Of a stretch of 64,000 bases of DNA, positions 41,770 through 50,295 are shown one piece after another. Location of the stretch: positions 6,289 to 70,288 of the forward strand of contig JADLGO010000064.1 in assembly GCA_020849275.1 (NCBI GenBank). Reading direction: 5' to 3'. A program made the translations under genes and the position numbers. This DNA comes from Chthonomonadales bacterium. GTDB lineage: Bacteria; Armatimonadota; Chthonomonadetes; Chthonomonadales; CAJBBX01. Position 1 is the stretch's first letter. Every line of letters begins with the position of its first letter. A model generated the notes under the pieces. It saw nothing but the letters and a program-made list of their open reading frames with translations. It was not told where the DNA came from and searched no databases.

Positions 41770-43632
41770 ATGAGCGTAACCGGGTGCATCGTGGCCGCAG
41801 CGGTCGCTGCGTTAGCCGGGGTCGGGGCGAGTGCGGGCCGCGAGGACGCTGCCATGGCGCCCCCGGAGACGGAGGTCCTCCGGACGCTGCGCAAGGGGCA
41901 TCCCCGTCTGCTGGCCGACGCCGCGCGCTTCGCCCAGTTGCGCCAGGCGGTGGCGAGCGACCCGTACCTCAAGCCCCGCTACGAGGCGCTGCGCGCCGCG
42001 GGCGATCGGCTGCTGGGCGAGCCGCCCAGCGAGTATGTGATCCCGGACGGCCTGCGCTTGCTGGCCACCAGCCGCCGCGTGCTCGACCGCGTGCAGGCGC
42101 TCGCCTTCCTCTACCGCATGGACGGCGACCGGCGATGGGCCGAGCGCGCCTGGGCAGAGTTACACGCCGCGGCCGCGTTCAGGGACTGGAACCCACGCCA
42201 CTTCCTCGACACGGCGGAGATGACGCACGCTTTCGCGATCGGCTACGATTGGCTGCACGACTTCTGGACGCCCGAGCAGCGCGCGGAGCTTCGCGCCGCC
42301 ATCGTGGAGAAGGGGCTGAAGCAGGCGCTCGGCACGCGCCGCGGGCACATGTGGTGGTCGCGGGCGAACCACAACTGGAACCAGGTGTGCAACGGCGGCC
42401 TGGGCATGGGCGCCCTCGCCGTTGCCGACGAGGAGCCCGAGGTGGCGGCGCAGATTCTGCACGACGCGCTCGCCTCGCTGCCGCGCGCCATCTCGCAATA
42501 CGGCCCCGACGGCGCCTGGGCCGAGGGACCCGGCTACTGGCACTACGCCACGATGTACACCGTCGCGTTCATGGCCGGCCTCCAGAGCGCGCTCGGAACC
42601 GACTTTGGCCTCTCGGCCATTCCTGGCTTCTCTCGGTGCGGCCTGTTCCTGATACACACCATCGGCCCCTCCGGGCGCTCATTCAACTACGCCGACGCCC
42701 ACGAGGGCACCGTCCGCTCGGCCGAGATGTGGTGGCTTGCGCGACGGTTCCGCGTGCCCGGCTACGGCTGGTACGCCAGAGCGCACTCGCCCGGCAACGT
42801 GCTGGAGATCCTCTGGTACGACCCGTCGATCCCCACCGTCCGCCCGCGCGGCCTGCCGCTCGCGTTCCGCTTTCGCAAGGCCGAGGTGGCTGCCATGCGA
42901 ACCGCCTGGGGCGACCGGAACGCGGTGTGGGTCGGCCTCAAGGCTGGGGACAACAAAGCCAACCACAGCCATCTGGACCTGGGCAGCTTCGTGTTGGAGG
43001 CCGGCGGCGTGCGCTGGGCAGTCGACCCGGGCAGCGACGACTACAACCTGCCCGGCTACTTCGGCCTGCAGCGCTTCTCTTACTATCGCCTGCGCGCGGA
43101 GGCGCACAACACCCTCGTATACGGGCCGGGCGCCGCGCCGGACCAGGACGCGCGCGCTGTCTGCTCAATCGTCGACTTCGGCCGCAAGGGGGGCGCCTGG
43201 ACGGCCGGGGTCGACCTGGCGCCGGCCTATGCCGGCAAGGTCGAGGCCGCCCACCGCCAGGTGACCCTCCGCGACGACGGCCGCGTGACGGTCCGCGACA
43301 CGATGCGCGCGGCCGTGCCCGTCGATGCCTGGTGGTTCATGCACACCGGCGCCGACATCGCCCTCGGCGCGAACGGGCGCGAGGCGGTGCTGACCCGGGG
43401 GGGCAGGCGCCTGCGGGTGACCATCGCCGCGCCGGCCGGGGCCGCCATCGCCGTGATGGACGCGGCGCCGCTGCCCACCTCGCCGAACCCGCCGATGCAG
43501 AGCCGCAACGCGGGCCTGCGCAAGCTGGCGATCCACTTCCCGGCCACCGCGTCGCTCGACCTGACGGTGGAGATGGCGTTGGAGCCGTCGAGCGCGCGCG
43601 CACCCGGCCGGACGCCCGGTGCCCCTCGCTGA
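41770..43632 (+). CDS. Secreted heparinase II/III-like polysaccharide lyase
   Basis: Track ORF 41035..43632 trimmed to ATG 41770 (GGAGG 6 nt upstream). Signal MSVTGCIVAAAVAALAGVGASA. Alpha/alpha-toroid N-domain (HPRLL..., NHNWNQVCNGG) and the C-domain hallmark KANHSHLDLGSFVLEAGGVRWAVDPG. Confidence 0.75.
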   Translation: MSVTGCIVAAAVAALAGVGASAGREDAAMAPPETEVLRTLRKGHPRLLADAARFAQLRQAVASDPYLKPRYEALRAAGDRLLGEPPSEYVIPDGLRLLATSRRVLDRVQALAFLYRMDGDRRWAERAWAELHAAAAFRDWNPRHFLDTAEMTHAFAIGYDWLHDFWTPEQRAELRAAIVEKGLKQALGTRRGHMWWSRANHNWNQVCNGGLGMGALAVADEEPEVAAQILHDALASLPRAISQYGPDGAWAEGPGYWHYATMYTVAFMAGLQSALGTDFGLSAIPGFSRCGLFLIHTIGPSGRSFNYADAHEGTVRSAEMWWLARRFRVPGYGWYARAHSPGNVLEILWYDPSIPTVRPRGLPLAFRFRKAEVAAMRTAWGDRNAVWVGLKAGDNKANHSHLDLGSFVLEAGGVRWAVDPGSDDYNLPGYFGLQRFSYYRLRAEAHNTLVYGPGAAPDQDARAVCSIVDFGRKGGAWTAGVDLAPAYAGKVEAAHRQVTLRDDGRVTVRDTMRAAVPVDAWWFMHTGADIALGANGREAVLTRGGRRLRVTIAAPAGAAIAVMDAAPLPTSPNPPMQSRNAGLRKLAIHFPATASLDLTVEMALEPSSARAPGRTPGAPR

Positions 43633-43651
43633 CGCGCCGACGCGACGCGCC

Positions 43652-44836
43652 CTACGATCCGGCGCGGGCCGCAACGCGCGGCGCGCGCTGGCGCGGCCCG
43701 TTCAGCATCGTGCCCAGCCAGGTGTAGCGTACGCTCGTCTCGTACACGAGCAGCAGCAGCCCGCTCACCCCACCGCACACCAGGGCAAGTTTGAGCACGG
43801 GCGGCAGCGGCCAGTCGCGCACGATCGCCTGCGCGGCGATGATCAACGGCACGTGGGCCAGGTAGAGCCAGTAGGAGGCGTCGGAGATGTAGCGCAACAC
43901 CCGGCTCTCGCGCCGGAGCATCTCGCGAAACAGGCCCATCAGTCCGAAGGACATCACCCAGGCGTAGCTGACCTCGATCGCGACGGCGAGAGGGCGATGC
44001 AGCGGCTGCGCCACCAACCCCGGCTCGCCGGGACGGACCATCGCGAAGGCGAGCCCGAGGGGCAGAAGAACCAGAAGGCCGACCGGAAGAGTCAGGCGCC
44101 ACCGGCTGCCCACGCGGGCGGCCGCGTCGTCGCAGTCGAAGTAGAGCGCGCCGAACAGGAAGAAGATGGCGTAGTAGAGCAGCACGGGCAGCGCCGGCAG
44201 GACGCCGGTCGAGGTGTCCGGTCCGAAGCTCGGGTACAACTCCCCCATGAACCACTGCGGCGCCATCGTCAGCGGCACCAGCCACAGGTAGCGCGCGGGC
44301 GAGAGGATCGGGGCGCGCGGCGGGCCGTTCCAGCCCGCGCGCTCGGCGACGCGGGCGGCGAGCGCGAAGGCCGCCACGAGCCAGCACAGGTACCACAGGA
44401 ACCAGAGGTGGTGGAAGACCGGCCGGTCAATGAACTGGGCGACCAGGCTACCCGCCGTGGCGTTCGCGGCGGCCCACCCTCGCTCCGCGCCGCTCGCCCG
44501 CGCGCTCACCCAGTTGACCAGGGGCACGACGGTGACGAGGGCCAGCAGGCACGGGAGGAGCACGCGCCGCGCGCGGTGCTCGACGAGTGCCCGCAGGCCC
44601 CGCTTGCGCCAGAGCATCGCGGTGAAGAAGCCGCTCACCAGGAAGAAGAGGGGCAGCCGAAACCCATGCACGGCCAGGTAGAACCAGGCGAACGCCACGT
44701 GCTGGCGCGTGTCCTGAACGGGCCAGGGCAGCCCGGAGTACGCGAGAGCGGAGTGCAGCGCGACGCCCGCCAGCATGGCGATGGCGCGCAGCGCGTCCAG
44801 ATCGTGCCGGCGCGGGATGGCGCGGGGCGCTGTCAT
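43652..44836 (-). CDS. Acyltransferase family 3 integral membrane protein (O-acyl/acetyltransferase-like)
   Basis: RRHDLDALRAIAMLAGVALHSALAY at the N-terminus, followed by about 10 TM helices. Confidence 0.75.
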   Translation of the reverse strand: MTAPRAIPRRHDLDALRAIAMLAGVALHSALAYSGLPWPVQDTRQHVAFAWFYLAVHGFRLPLFFLVSGFFTAMLWRKRGLRALVEHRARRVLLPCLLALVTVVPLVNWVSARASGAERGWAAANATAGSLVAQFIDRPVFHHLWFLWYLCWLVAAFALAARVAERAGWNGPPRAPILSPARYLWLVPLTMAPQWFMGELYPSFGPDTSTGVLPALPVLLYYAIFFLFGALYFDCDDAAARVGSRWRLTLPVGLLVLLPLGLAFAMVRPGEPGLVAQPLHRPLAVAIEVSYAWVMSFGLMGLFREMLRRESRVLRYISDASYWLYLAHVPLIIAAQAIVRDWPLPPVLKLALVCGGVSGLLLLVYETSVRYTWLGTMLNGPRQRAPRVAARAGS

Positions 44837-45039
44837 GCCTGGTCGGTCCCTTGCGGGGAGCGGTCCTCGGAGCCGCCTCCCGCCCTCGCATCAGTATAGC
44901 GCGGATCGCGCGCGCCGCTGTCGGCAGGGATGTGGCCGGCGGCGAGCGAATCAGGCGCAGCAGGTGGCCGTGGCGCGCTGGCGGTGCTCGCCGGGCCACG
45001 GTTCGGCGCCGGTACGCCGCCCCGAAGGGAGTCGCCGCC

Positions 45040-45774
45040 ATGCTGCGCCTGCTCGTGCTCGCCTGCGCGCTGAGCCCGGCCGCCCAGCGCGAGCCGGTCG
45101 TCCTCCGTGCCGCCCGCCCCGCGGGCGTGCCGGTGCGCGTGGCCGAGGTGTGCCTGGCGGACCCGCGCGTGCGGGTGCGCGTGCAAGTGGCCTCCGGGTT
45201 CCCGGGACGCGCCGAGCTCTTCGAGCGCATGGTGGCGCGCAGCCGGCCGCTGCTGGCGGTCAACGGCGCCTACTTCTCAAAGACGACGCTCGCGCCCATC
45301 GGCGACCTGGTGGTGGACGGCCGGCTCGTGCGCAGCGGCCTGATGGGCACGGCGCTCGCCATCGCTCCCGACGGTCGCGCCCTGATTCGCCGCGTGCGCT
45401 GGGGGCACTCCGAGGACTGGAGCGCCTACAGCACCGTGCTCGCCTGCGGTCCGGCGCTCGTGCTGAACGGGCAGGTGGACGTGCACCCGGAGGCCGAGGG
45501 CTTCCGCGATCCGCACATCATGGGCTCGACGCGCCGCATGGGCGTTGGCATCACGCCGGACGACCGGCTGCTCATCGTGACCACGCTGGCGCCGGTCAGC
45601 TTCGCGGAGTGGGCCCGAGTCATGCTCGGTCTGGGCTGCCGCGACGCCATGAACCTGGACGCGGGAGCCTCGCTGGCGCTGTACTACCGCGGTCGGGTTC
45701 TCATCAGGCCCGGCCGCGCCCTCACGAACCTGCTCACCGTGCATGTGAGCGCCGGGAGCGCCGCCGCGCCCTGA
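45040..45774 (+). CDS. Phosphodiester glycosidase family protein (DUF2233/NAGPA-like)
   Basis: Trimmed to ATG 45040 (AAGGGAG upstream). LLAVNGAYF, ACGPALVLNGQV, RRMGVGITPDDRLLIVT, AMNLDAGAS. Confidence 0.7.
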   Translation: MLRLLVLACALSPAAQREPVVLRAARPAGVPVRVAEVCLADPRVRVRVQVASGFPGRAELFERMVARSRPLLAVNGAYFSKTTLAPIGDLVVDGRLVRSGLMGTALAIAPDGRALIRRVRWGHSEDWSAYSTVLACGPALVLNGQVDVHPEAEGFRDPHIMGSTRRMGVGITPDDRLLIVTTLAPVSFAEWARVMLGLGCRDAMNLDAGASLALYYRGRVLIRPGRALTNLLTVHVSAGSAAAP

Positions 45775-45793
45775 CGCCGCCAAAGGAGCGCCT

Positions 45794-47491
45794 GTGCATC
45801 CTCTCCTCTGCCTGGCCGCCGTGCTGGGCACCGCCGCGCCGGCCGGGCGCGAGCTTGCCGTGGACCTCTGGGACTGGACCCCGCCCTGCCGTGACCTGGC
45901 CATCTTTCGGCGCTGGGTGGCCGACCTGAAGTCCATCGGCGCCACGCGCGTGGAGATCTCGGCCCCGTGGCGCCTCCTGGAGCCGCGGCCGGGCGAGCAC
46001 GACCTCACGTTCATCGCCGAGCGCCTGGCCATCGTGGAGGAGGCCTGGCTCGGCCTGCGCGTACGCATCAACAGCTACTACAGCGGCGCGACGCCGGACT
46101 GGCTGGAGTGCGACCGGTGGATGGACGCGCAGGGGAAGCCGGCGGCCGACATCCCTTCGATCACGGACGCGCGCTTCTGGGAGCGCTACGCGCCCCTCTG
46201 CACCGCGATCGCGCGCCGCTTCCGCGGCCGCGGAGTGCAGTACAGCCCGTTCATCGGCGTGCACGCGGAGCTGAAGTGGTCGGACTGGTGGAGCTATGAC
46301 CGCTCCACCCTGGCCTCCTGGCGCACCGCGATCGGGGCGCGGCCGCGCGCGGCCTGGCTCGGCCGGATCGTCGGGGGCGCCGACCTGCCGGAGCGCCCGC
46401 CCGTTCCAGGGCCCACCGGCGGCGCGCCGGACCTCGACGCGGCGAACCGAGCCTGGATCGCCTTCCGCGAGGAGTGCTGGCGCGAGGCGGTGCGCCGCTT
46501 CGTGGCGGCGATCCGGGCCGGCGACGCGCGCGCCGCGGTCAGCGTGCCGCTCGGCGAGAGCTATCGGCGCGAGAGCGCGGCCATGTCCAACCTGGACTAT
46601 CGGGGCCTCTCGCGCGGCGCCGCTCACGTGCGGCACAGCTACGACTTCTTCTGGCACGCCGGCCAGGACCCCTGGCAGGCGGCGGCCTCCGTGGCCGCGT
46701 TCCGGGGCATCACCCGTTTGCCCGTCAGCCTGGAGATCGACGGGCCGGTGCTCTTTCAGCAGTTCGGCTACCGGGAGGAGGACCTGCTGCGGATCGCCGG
46801 CGCGGCGCTCGGCGCGGGGGCGATGCTCAAGGTGGCCAACTTCTCCTACCTGGAGCGACTCCCTTCGTCGTGGCCCTTCATGGTGGAGCTCGGACGCCGC
46901 GCGGCAGCGGCCGCGGCCCCCGTCGATCCGCCGCCGGCGGAAACCGTGCTGCTGTTCGTCTCGAAGTGGGCGAACTACCTCTACCGCGAGCCCACGCAGT
47001 GGCTGCACGACGCGCAGTTCGGCGCGTGGCGAATGCTCACCACCGCCGGCTATCCCGTGCGGGTGGTGTGCGAGGACAACCTGGCGGAGGGTCTGGGGCG
47101 CTACCGGGGGCTCTACGTGGCCTTCTCGCCGCCGGAGTTGATGCCGGAGGCCGACCGGAGCGCGCTGAACCGGCTGGCGCGCCGTCTGCCGAGCGTGACG
47201 GAGCTCGCGCGGGCGCCCCTGCCCGGCGAGGACCCCGCGGCCGTCGGCTCCTGCCCGGCGGGCGCGTTCGCCGCGTGGGCGCCTGGCCTGCCCGCTCACG
47301 TCGACGGCCCGGCGGCGCCCGCCGTCGATGGCCGCCGCGTGGCGCTGGGCTACCCGCTGGCCTACGTGTGGCTGCAAGGCACGGACCGCGCCGCGCAAGA
47401 CCGCGTTCTGGGGTGGGCCTGCGCACGCTCCTGGGGGCCTCCCCGCCGGGAGCGCGCGAGCGCTCCTCAGGTCACGCGCTCGCGACGCTGA
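45794..47491 (+). CDS. GH42-like (clan GH-A beta-galactosidase-like) protein
   Basis: GTG 45794 with AAGGAG 5 nt upstream. GATRVEISAPWRLLEPRPGEHDLTF. A later segment VLLFVSKWANYLY...AGYPVRVVCEDNL resembles a GH42 trimerisation-like domain. Confidence 0.55.
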   Translation: MHPLLCLAAVLGTAAPAGRELAVDLWDWTPPCRDLAIFRRWVADLKSIGATRVEISAPWRLLEPRPGEHDLTFIAERLAIVEEAWLGLRVRINSYYSGATPDWLECDRWMDAQGKPAADIPSITDARFWERYAPLCTAIARRFRGRGVQYSPFIGVHAELKWSDWWSYDRSTLASWRTAIGARPRAAWLGRIVGGADLPERPPVPGPTGGAPDLDAANRAWIAFREECWREAVRRFVAAIRAGDARAAVSVPLGESYRRESAAMSNLDYRGLSRGAAHVRHSYDFFWHAGQDPWQAAASVAAFRGITRLPVSLEIDGPVLFQQFGYREEDLLRIAGAALGAGAMLKVANFSYLERLPSSWPFMVELGRRAAAAAAPVDPPPAETVLLFVSKWANYLYREPTQWLHDAQFGAWRMLTTAGYPVRVVCEDNLAEGLGRYRGLYVAFSPPELMPEADRSALNRLARRLPSVTELARAPLPGEDPAAVGSCPAGAFAAWAPGLPAHVDGPAAPAVDGRRVALGYPLAYVWLQGTDRAAQDRVLGWACARSWGPPRRERASAPQVTRSRR

Positions 47492-47595
47492 CCGCGGCCG
47501 ATGTCGCCGCGCGCCGCGCGGCCCCGGGGGCGGCGCTCCCGGCCGGGCTCATCCCAGCGAGTCGCGCGGGTCAACGACCGACCGTGCCGGACGTG

Positions 47596-48657
47596 CTACC
47601 CGCCGGCAGGCCACCGCCTGCGTGCCACCCGGCACCCGAGCCACAGCCGGTGGAGCAGCCCGGAGAACACGAGGGCCCACACCAGCAACGCAATACACGC
47701 GAAGACGCGCGATAGGGTCGATAGGTACGGGAGCCCGGTCGCCGCGTGCATCTGGAACGTACACGTCGCGTACATCCCCAGCGGGAACGCGATGTCCCAG
47801 TAATCCGGGCCGTAGCGGACGGGATAGCCCCGCCAGAGGTGTCGCCATGCCTCCAGGGCCACGAGGAGCGGGATCCACCAGGTGCACAGGACCCAGAAGA
47901 GCAGCGTGTAGCCGTCCAGGAACGGCAGTATGCGCTGCAGGAACGGCCAGCGGGCGGCGTTCTGGATGAGCGTGGCCCCTGACAGCGTGGTGATGGCGAT
48001 CGCGCCCATGTTGATCCAATAGGGCGGCGTGAACTCGCGCGGGGTCAGTGGGAAGAAGGCAAGCCGGTAGAAGATGAGCGAGATCAGCAGCAGATAGAGC
48101 GCGCTCCCCAGCAGGAACAGGGCCAGCGAGAGGAAGATCAGCCCCGGCGCTCGTCCCGCCGACTGCCCGGCGACCTGAAGGCCCAGGATGGCGACCGACT
48201 GGGTTGCCACGACGGCGATCAGCCAGGCGCCGTTGAGCCCCTCCTCCAGGTTGGGCTTGATCCGGTCCACGAAGACGGCCACGAGGAACGCGTACGTCAG
48301 CAGGAGCCACAGCGCCCCGCCGAGGAGCCAGAGCGCGAGCCCGGCCCTGGCACTGTGGGCAAGGAGGACGAACTGGCTGCCCACGGTGCAGGTGGCCGCC
48401 ACGGTCGAGAGGAAGCCGGGGCCTCGGGAGTGGCTGCTCAGGTCCGCCAGCAGGTTGGGGAAGAAGCGGGCGAGGCGAACTCCCGTAAGCAGCCACAGGA
48501 CCGCGTAGGCCGCCAGGTTGATAACGAAGAGCACCCACGCGACCGGCATGACGCCCAGCAGGCTGCTCGCGATGGACACGATGCCGGTCGCCATCACGAG
48601 CGCGAAGTAGCCGGGATGCAACTCCTTCGCCGTCTTCAGGAGGGCGTCGCGCAGCAT
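47596..48657 (-). CDS. TehA / tellurite-resistance-dicarboxylate (TDT, SLAC1-like) family anion transporter
   Basis: About 10 TM helices. N-terminus LHPGYFALVMATGIVSIAS and PPYWINMGAIAITTLSG, typical of the TDT family. Confidence 0.75.
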   Translation of the reverse strand: MLRDALLKTAKELHPGYFALVMATGIVSIASSLLGVMPVAWVLFVINLAAYAVLWLLTGVRLARFFPNLLADLSSHSRGPGFLSTVAATCTVGSQFVLLAHSARAGLALWLLGGALWLLLTYAFLVAVFVDRIKPNLEEGLNGAWLIAVVATQSVAILGLQVAGQSAGRAPGLIFLSLALFLLGSALYLLLISLIFYRLAFFPLTPREFTPPYWINMGAIAITTLSGATLIQNAARWPFLQRILPFLDGYTLLFWVLCTWWIPLLVALEAWRHLWRGYPVRYGPDYWDIAFPLGMYATCTFQMHAATGLPYLSTLSRVFACIALLVWALVFSGLLHRLWLGCRVARRRWPAGG

Positions 48658-48690
48658 GATGGCGGATGAGCGCCCTCCTCCGGCGGGCGC

Positions 48691-50292
48691 CTATATGTTC
48701 GCCAGCTCGCCGAAGTACTCACGGTCCTCGTTGTACCCTCCCTCTCCTTCGCCGACGCTCCGGATGGATTCGACCAGCTCGATCGCCCTCACCCACTTGA
48801 CCATCTTGAAGCCAAGCTGGTTCTCCACGCGCAGGCGCACCGGCGCGCCGTGCAGCTTGCCGAGGGGAGCGCGGTTCATCTCGTCGGCCAGCATCGTGAG
48901 CGGGTGGCTGGCGTCACGCAGGGAGAGGCTGTCGTAGAACTCACCTCCCTCGCTGCCCTCGCCGTAGGAGTAGAAGACCACCGCGCGCGCCTCCGGTTTC
49001 GGCCGGGCCCGCTTCAGCACTTCCGCCAGGGGCACCCCGCCCCACTCCGCGATGCCCGACCAGCCCTGGATGCAGTGGTGCAGGGTGATCTGCGTTCTGC
49101 GGGGCATGGCGCGCAGGTCGGCCAGCGACAGCTCCAGCGGCTCCTCCAGCAGACCGAAGACCCGCAGGCGGTAGTCGTCAAACCCTTGCTCCTCCAGTTG
49201 CGTCCACTCACCCGACGTCGGCACCTTGCCGTTGGCCCAGAAGTACGGGGAGATGTCGGCGGGCGCGAACTCGGCCTTTGGCGCCGCCCGGTCCAGCAGC
49301 AGGCTCATCACCGGCGTGACGATGGCCTTCGCCGCGTGCTGGACGGCGCGCGGCCGCTTCCAGGCCAGCCAGTGGGCGGCCGCGTTGACCGCGACCACCG
49401 CGGCGATCCCCACCAACCCCAGCACCCACCCGATCGGAAGCGTGTTGTCGGTGCCCATGACGATGTGGTTCATGTTTCTGGCGAACCCGGTGATGGCCAC
49501 CATCGCCACGTGCGCGATCGTGAAGGCCACGAAGCTGAGCATCACCAGGAAGTGCAGCGAGCGTCCGATCTGGCGGTTGCCCGGCAGCTTGGGGTACCAG
49601 CCGAACCGGTTGGTCAGCGCCGGTGACATCGAGGGACCTGTGAGAATCGCCAGGGGCGCCAGGATGAACACCACGCCGAAGTAGGTGAGCTGCTGGAGCG
49701 CGTTGTAGCGAAAGAACCCGTTGGGCTCTGTAGGCAGATGGAACGTCGCGTAGTGCACGAAGACGGCCCAGGCGTCGGGCACGATGCTCCAGGAGACGGG
49801 CGTCAGCCGTCGCCACTGGCTGCCGCTGAGCAGCAGGACCACGAAAACAACGCCGTTGACCACCCAGAACAGCACGCTGAGGAAGTGCCAGTGGCGCGCC
49901 ATGCCGATCGTGTGGCGTCCCCCCGGCAGGCCGATCCAGGGCGAGAGGGCGAGGGAATCGTCCTTGGCCGTCCACACGCGGTCGCGCGGCACCACCACGG
50001 GCGTCAGGCGAAGCCACTCCGTGCCGGGCGTGCAGTGCAGGTTCCAGTAGAGCCGGGGGTGGTCCATCAGGACCTGCGCGCCGCTGCGGATGAGCAGGAC
50101 CAGGAACAGGAAGTTGACGTAGTGCGTGATCCGCAGCCAGGCTGGAAACCCCTGGGGCGCGCCGACCGGAGCCGGCTGCGCGCCGGGCGGGATGGCCGGC
50201 AGCCCGAACACCGCCCACTGGAAGTAGGCTCCGGCCACCGCCAGCAGCACCGGCGCGACGAACACCAGCAGCGTTCTGGACTGAACTCGCAT
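48691..50292 (-). CDS. Fusion protein: b-type cytochrome membrane domain + sulfite-oxidase-family (YedY/MsrP-like) molybdopterin oxidoreductase domain
   Basis: N-terminal about 330 aa has TM helices carrying conserved His (RITHYVNF, ARHWHFLSVLFW, SLHFLVMLSFVAFTIAHV). The C-terminal about 190 aa has ITLHHCIQGWSGIAEWGGVPL (Mo-ligand Cys context) and LGFKMVKWV. The ATG lies 3 nt after the nuoN stop. Confidence 0.75.
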   Translation of the reverse strand: MRVQSRTLLVFVAPVLLAVAGAYFQWAVFGLPAIPPGAQPAPVGAPQGFPAWLRITHYVNFLFLVLLIRSGAQVLMDHPRLYWNLHCTPGTEWLRLTPVVVPRDRVWTAKDDSLALSPWIGLPGGRHTIGMARHWHFLSVLFWVVNGVVFVVLLLSGSQWRRLTPVSWSIVPDAWAVFVHYATFHLPTEPNGFFRYNALQQLTYFGVVFILAPLAILTGPSMSPALTNRFGWYPKLPGNRQIGRSLHFLVMLSFVAFTIAHVAMVAITGFARNMNHIVMGTDNTLPIGWVLGLVGIAAVVAVNAAAHWLAWKRPRAVQHAAKAIVTPVMSLLLDRAAPKAEFAPADISPYFWANGKVPTSGEWTQLEEQGFDDYRLRVFGLLEEPLELSLADLRAMPRRTQITLHHCIQGWSGIAEWGGVPLAEVLKRARPKPEARAVVFYSYGEGSEGGEFYDSLSLRDASHPLTMLADEMNRAPLGKLHGAPVRLRVENQLGFKMVKWVRAIELVESIRSVGEGEGGYNEDREYFGELANI

Positions 50293-50295
50293 AGC

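Noticed and set aside
45734-47398. 554-aa minus-strand ORF opposite the GH42-like gene; similar long ORFs at 6430..8424, 30025..32223, 49738..51714, 53513..55147 and 59660..61525
   Set aside because: All are antisense to genes with strong family motifs (GH-like, nuo subunits) and have shadow-ORF composition.
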